Positions 34,132 to 34,904 of a stretch of 34,904 nt of DNA are shown in pieces. Numbering within the stretch: position 1 is the first letter of the stretch; each line of letters starts with the position of its first letter. A model generated the notes under the pieces. It saw nothing but the letters and a program-made list of their open reading frames with translations, did not search any database and was not told the origin of the DNA. This DNA is from a virus (taxonomy: Duplodnaviria > Caudoviricetes), in IMG/VR virus record IMGVR_UViG_3300049070_000183, positions 1 to 34,904 of that record; one strand, given 5' to 3'. The position numbers and the translations under genes are program-made.

Positions 34132-34764
34132 ATGTCCGACAAACTACCAGCGTTAGGTAATCTAGCTACTCCGGCTCTGACCGACTTGCTTTATATAGTC
34201 ACGCCGGGGATTGATCCGCTTGGGTCGTTCAATATTACCTATGCGCAGCTTCGGGCGGCATTGCTCGCGGGCGTTGGAGTCGCATTTCCTTCAGACATTA
34301 CGCCGCAGGGCAATGCGGCTGGTGGGGCTTTAACAACTCTGCAATCGTTTGTCTTGCCCGCTGGAAGTCTCGGCAGTAATGGGGACTTTGTCAGATTCAC
34401 TTACAGTGGGACTTTTGCGACTAATGATAACGACAAGAGAATCCAAATCCTGATCGATGGCCAGGTGGTAGAAGACTTTGGCCTCTTCGATTTTGACGCC
34501 GGAGTATGGCGCGTAACGGGAGAACATGTACGGCTTACATCTACTAGCGTTCTTGCGGGGTGTGGTGGTCAATATGGTGAGCCGCTTGTTATAGACGAAG
34601 GAGTCATAGCCGGAACGCCGGATGTTATCAATCTACCTCGAAACAGAACGTTAGCCGTGGCTGATCTGGATTCCAACGCCATCACTTTAGAAGTAGTCGG
34701 CGCCGCTGCGGCCGCGAACGACATCATACAAACTCTCTCAATTTACGAGCTTATTCAATTCTAA
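34132..34764 (+). CDS. Putative spike / fibre protein
   Basis: N-terminal KLPAL...TDLLYIV...NITYAQL fibre-attachment-like motif, then beta-rich domain. Confidence 0.65.
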   Translation: MSDKLPALGNLATPALTDLLYIVTPGIDPLGSFNITYAQLRAALLAGVGVAFPSDITPQGNAAGGALTTLQSFVLPAGSLGSNGDFVRFTYSGTFATNDNDKRIQILIDGQVVEDFGLFDFDAGVWRVTGEHVRLTSTSVLAGCGGQYGEPLVIDEGVIAGTPDVINLPRNRTLAVADLDSNAITLEVVGAAAAANDIIQTLSIYELIQF

Positions 34765-34777
34765 ATATCAACAGGAG

Positions 34778-34904
34778 AAAAAAAAACATGGCTTTCAATC
34801 TAGCAGCAATCGCCCCTTATCTTGGGGCAACGGGTCAAGCTCTCGTAGATCTTGACGAAGATACAAACGGCGCTGAAGATTTCGCCGGAGCATTATTGAT
34901 CTAT
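34778..34904. repeat. Terminal direct repeat (copy of 1-127)
   Basis: Exact sequence identity with window start. Confidence 0.97.

Noticed and set aside
34778-34904. Biological terminal repeat of a linear genome
   Set aside because: Length equals a typical assembler k-mer and it falls inside a gene; better explained as circular overlap
1-34904. CRISPR array, reverse transcriptase/DGR, or alternative genetic code
   Set aside because: No regular repeat-spacer array, no RT motifs or TR/VR pair seen; standard-code ORFs tile the genome densely

Overview
The window is a complete circular contig of 34,777 bp (bases 1-127 are repeated exactly at 34778-34904). It is best read as the genome of a temperate, tailless bacterial virus. 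Recognisable parts: a tyrosine integrase with a candidate attP, a serine resolvase, a divergent pair of ribbon-helix-helix regulators with palindromic operators, an AlpA/Xis-like protein, a RecT/Bet-like annealing protein, an SSB-like protein, a Prim-Pol/PriCT/AAA replication protein followed by an iteron palindrome (likely ori), a HARP-like/J-domain protein, a vWA protein, and HNH, GIY-YIG and EndoVII nucleases. I find no terminase, portal, HK97 capsid, tape-measure protein or FtsK/A32 packaging ATPase. Instead, the + strand operon from ~24350 through the join to 1610 encodes a transglutaminase-like Cys-His-Asp enzyme, several C-terminally membrane-anchored proteins (including an SLT lytic transglycosylase), and two very basic proteins punctuated by Asn-Pro motifs. 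It also carries four clustered beta-rich genes sharing a jelly-roll-like C-terminal signature (three single-domain, one tandem double-domain) and spike-like genes. I infer a membrane-containing jelly-roll virus that may package DNA without an ATPase. A secreted stand-alone TonB C-terminal domain downstream of the presumed repressor is a candidate superinfection-exclusion factor and hints at an Acidobacteriota (Blastocatellia-like) host. All assignments come from motif recognition by eye; no searches were run.
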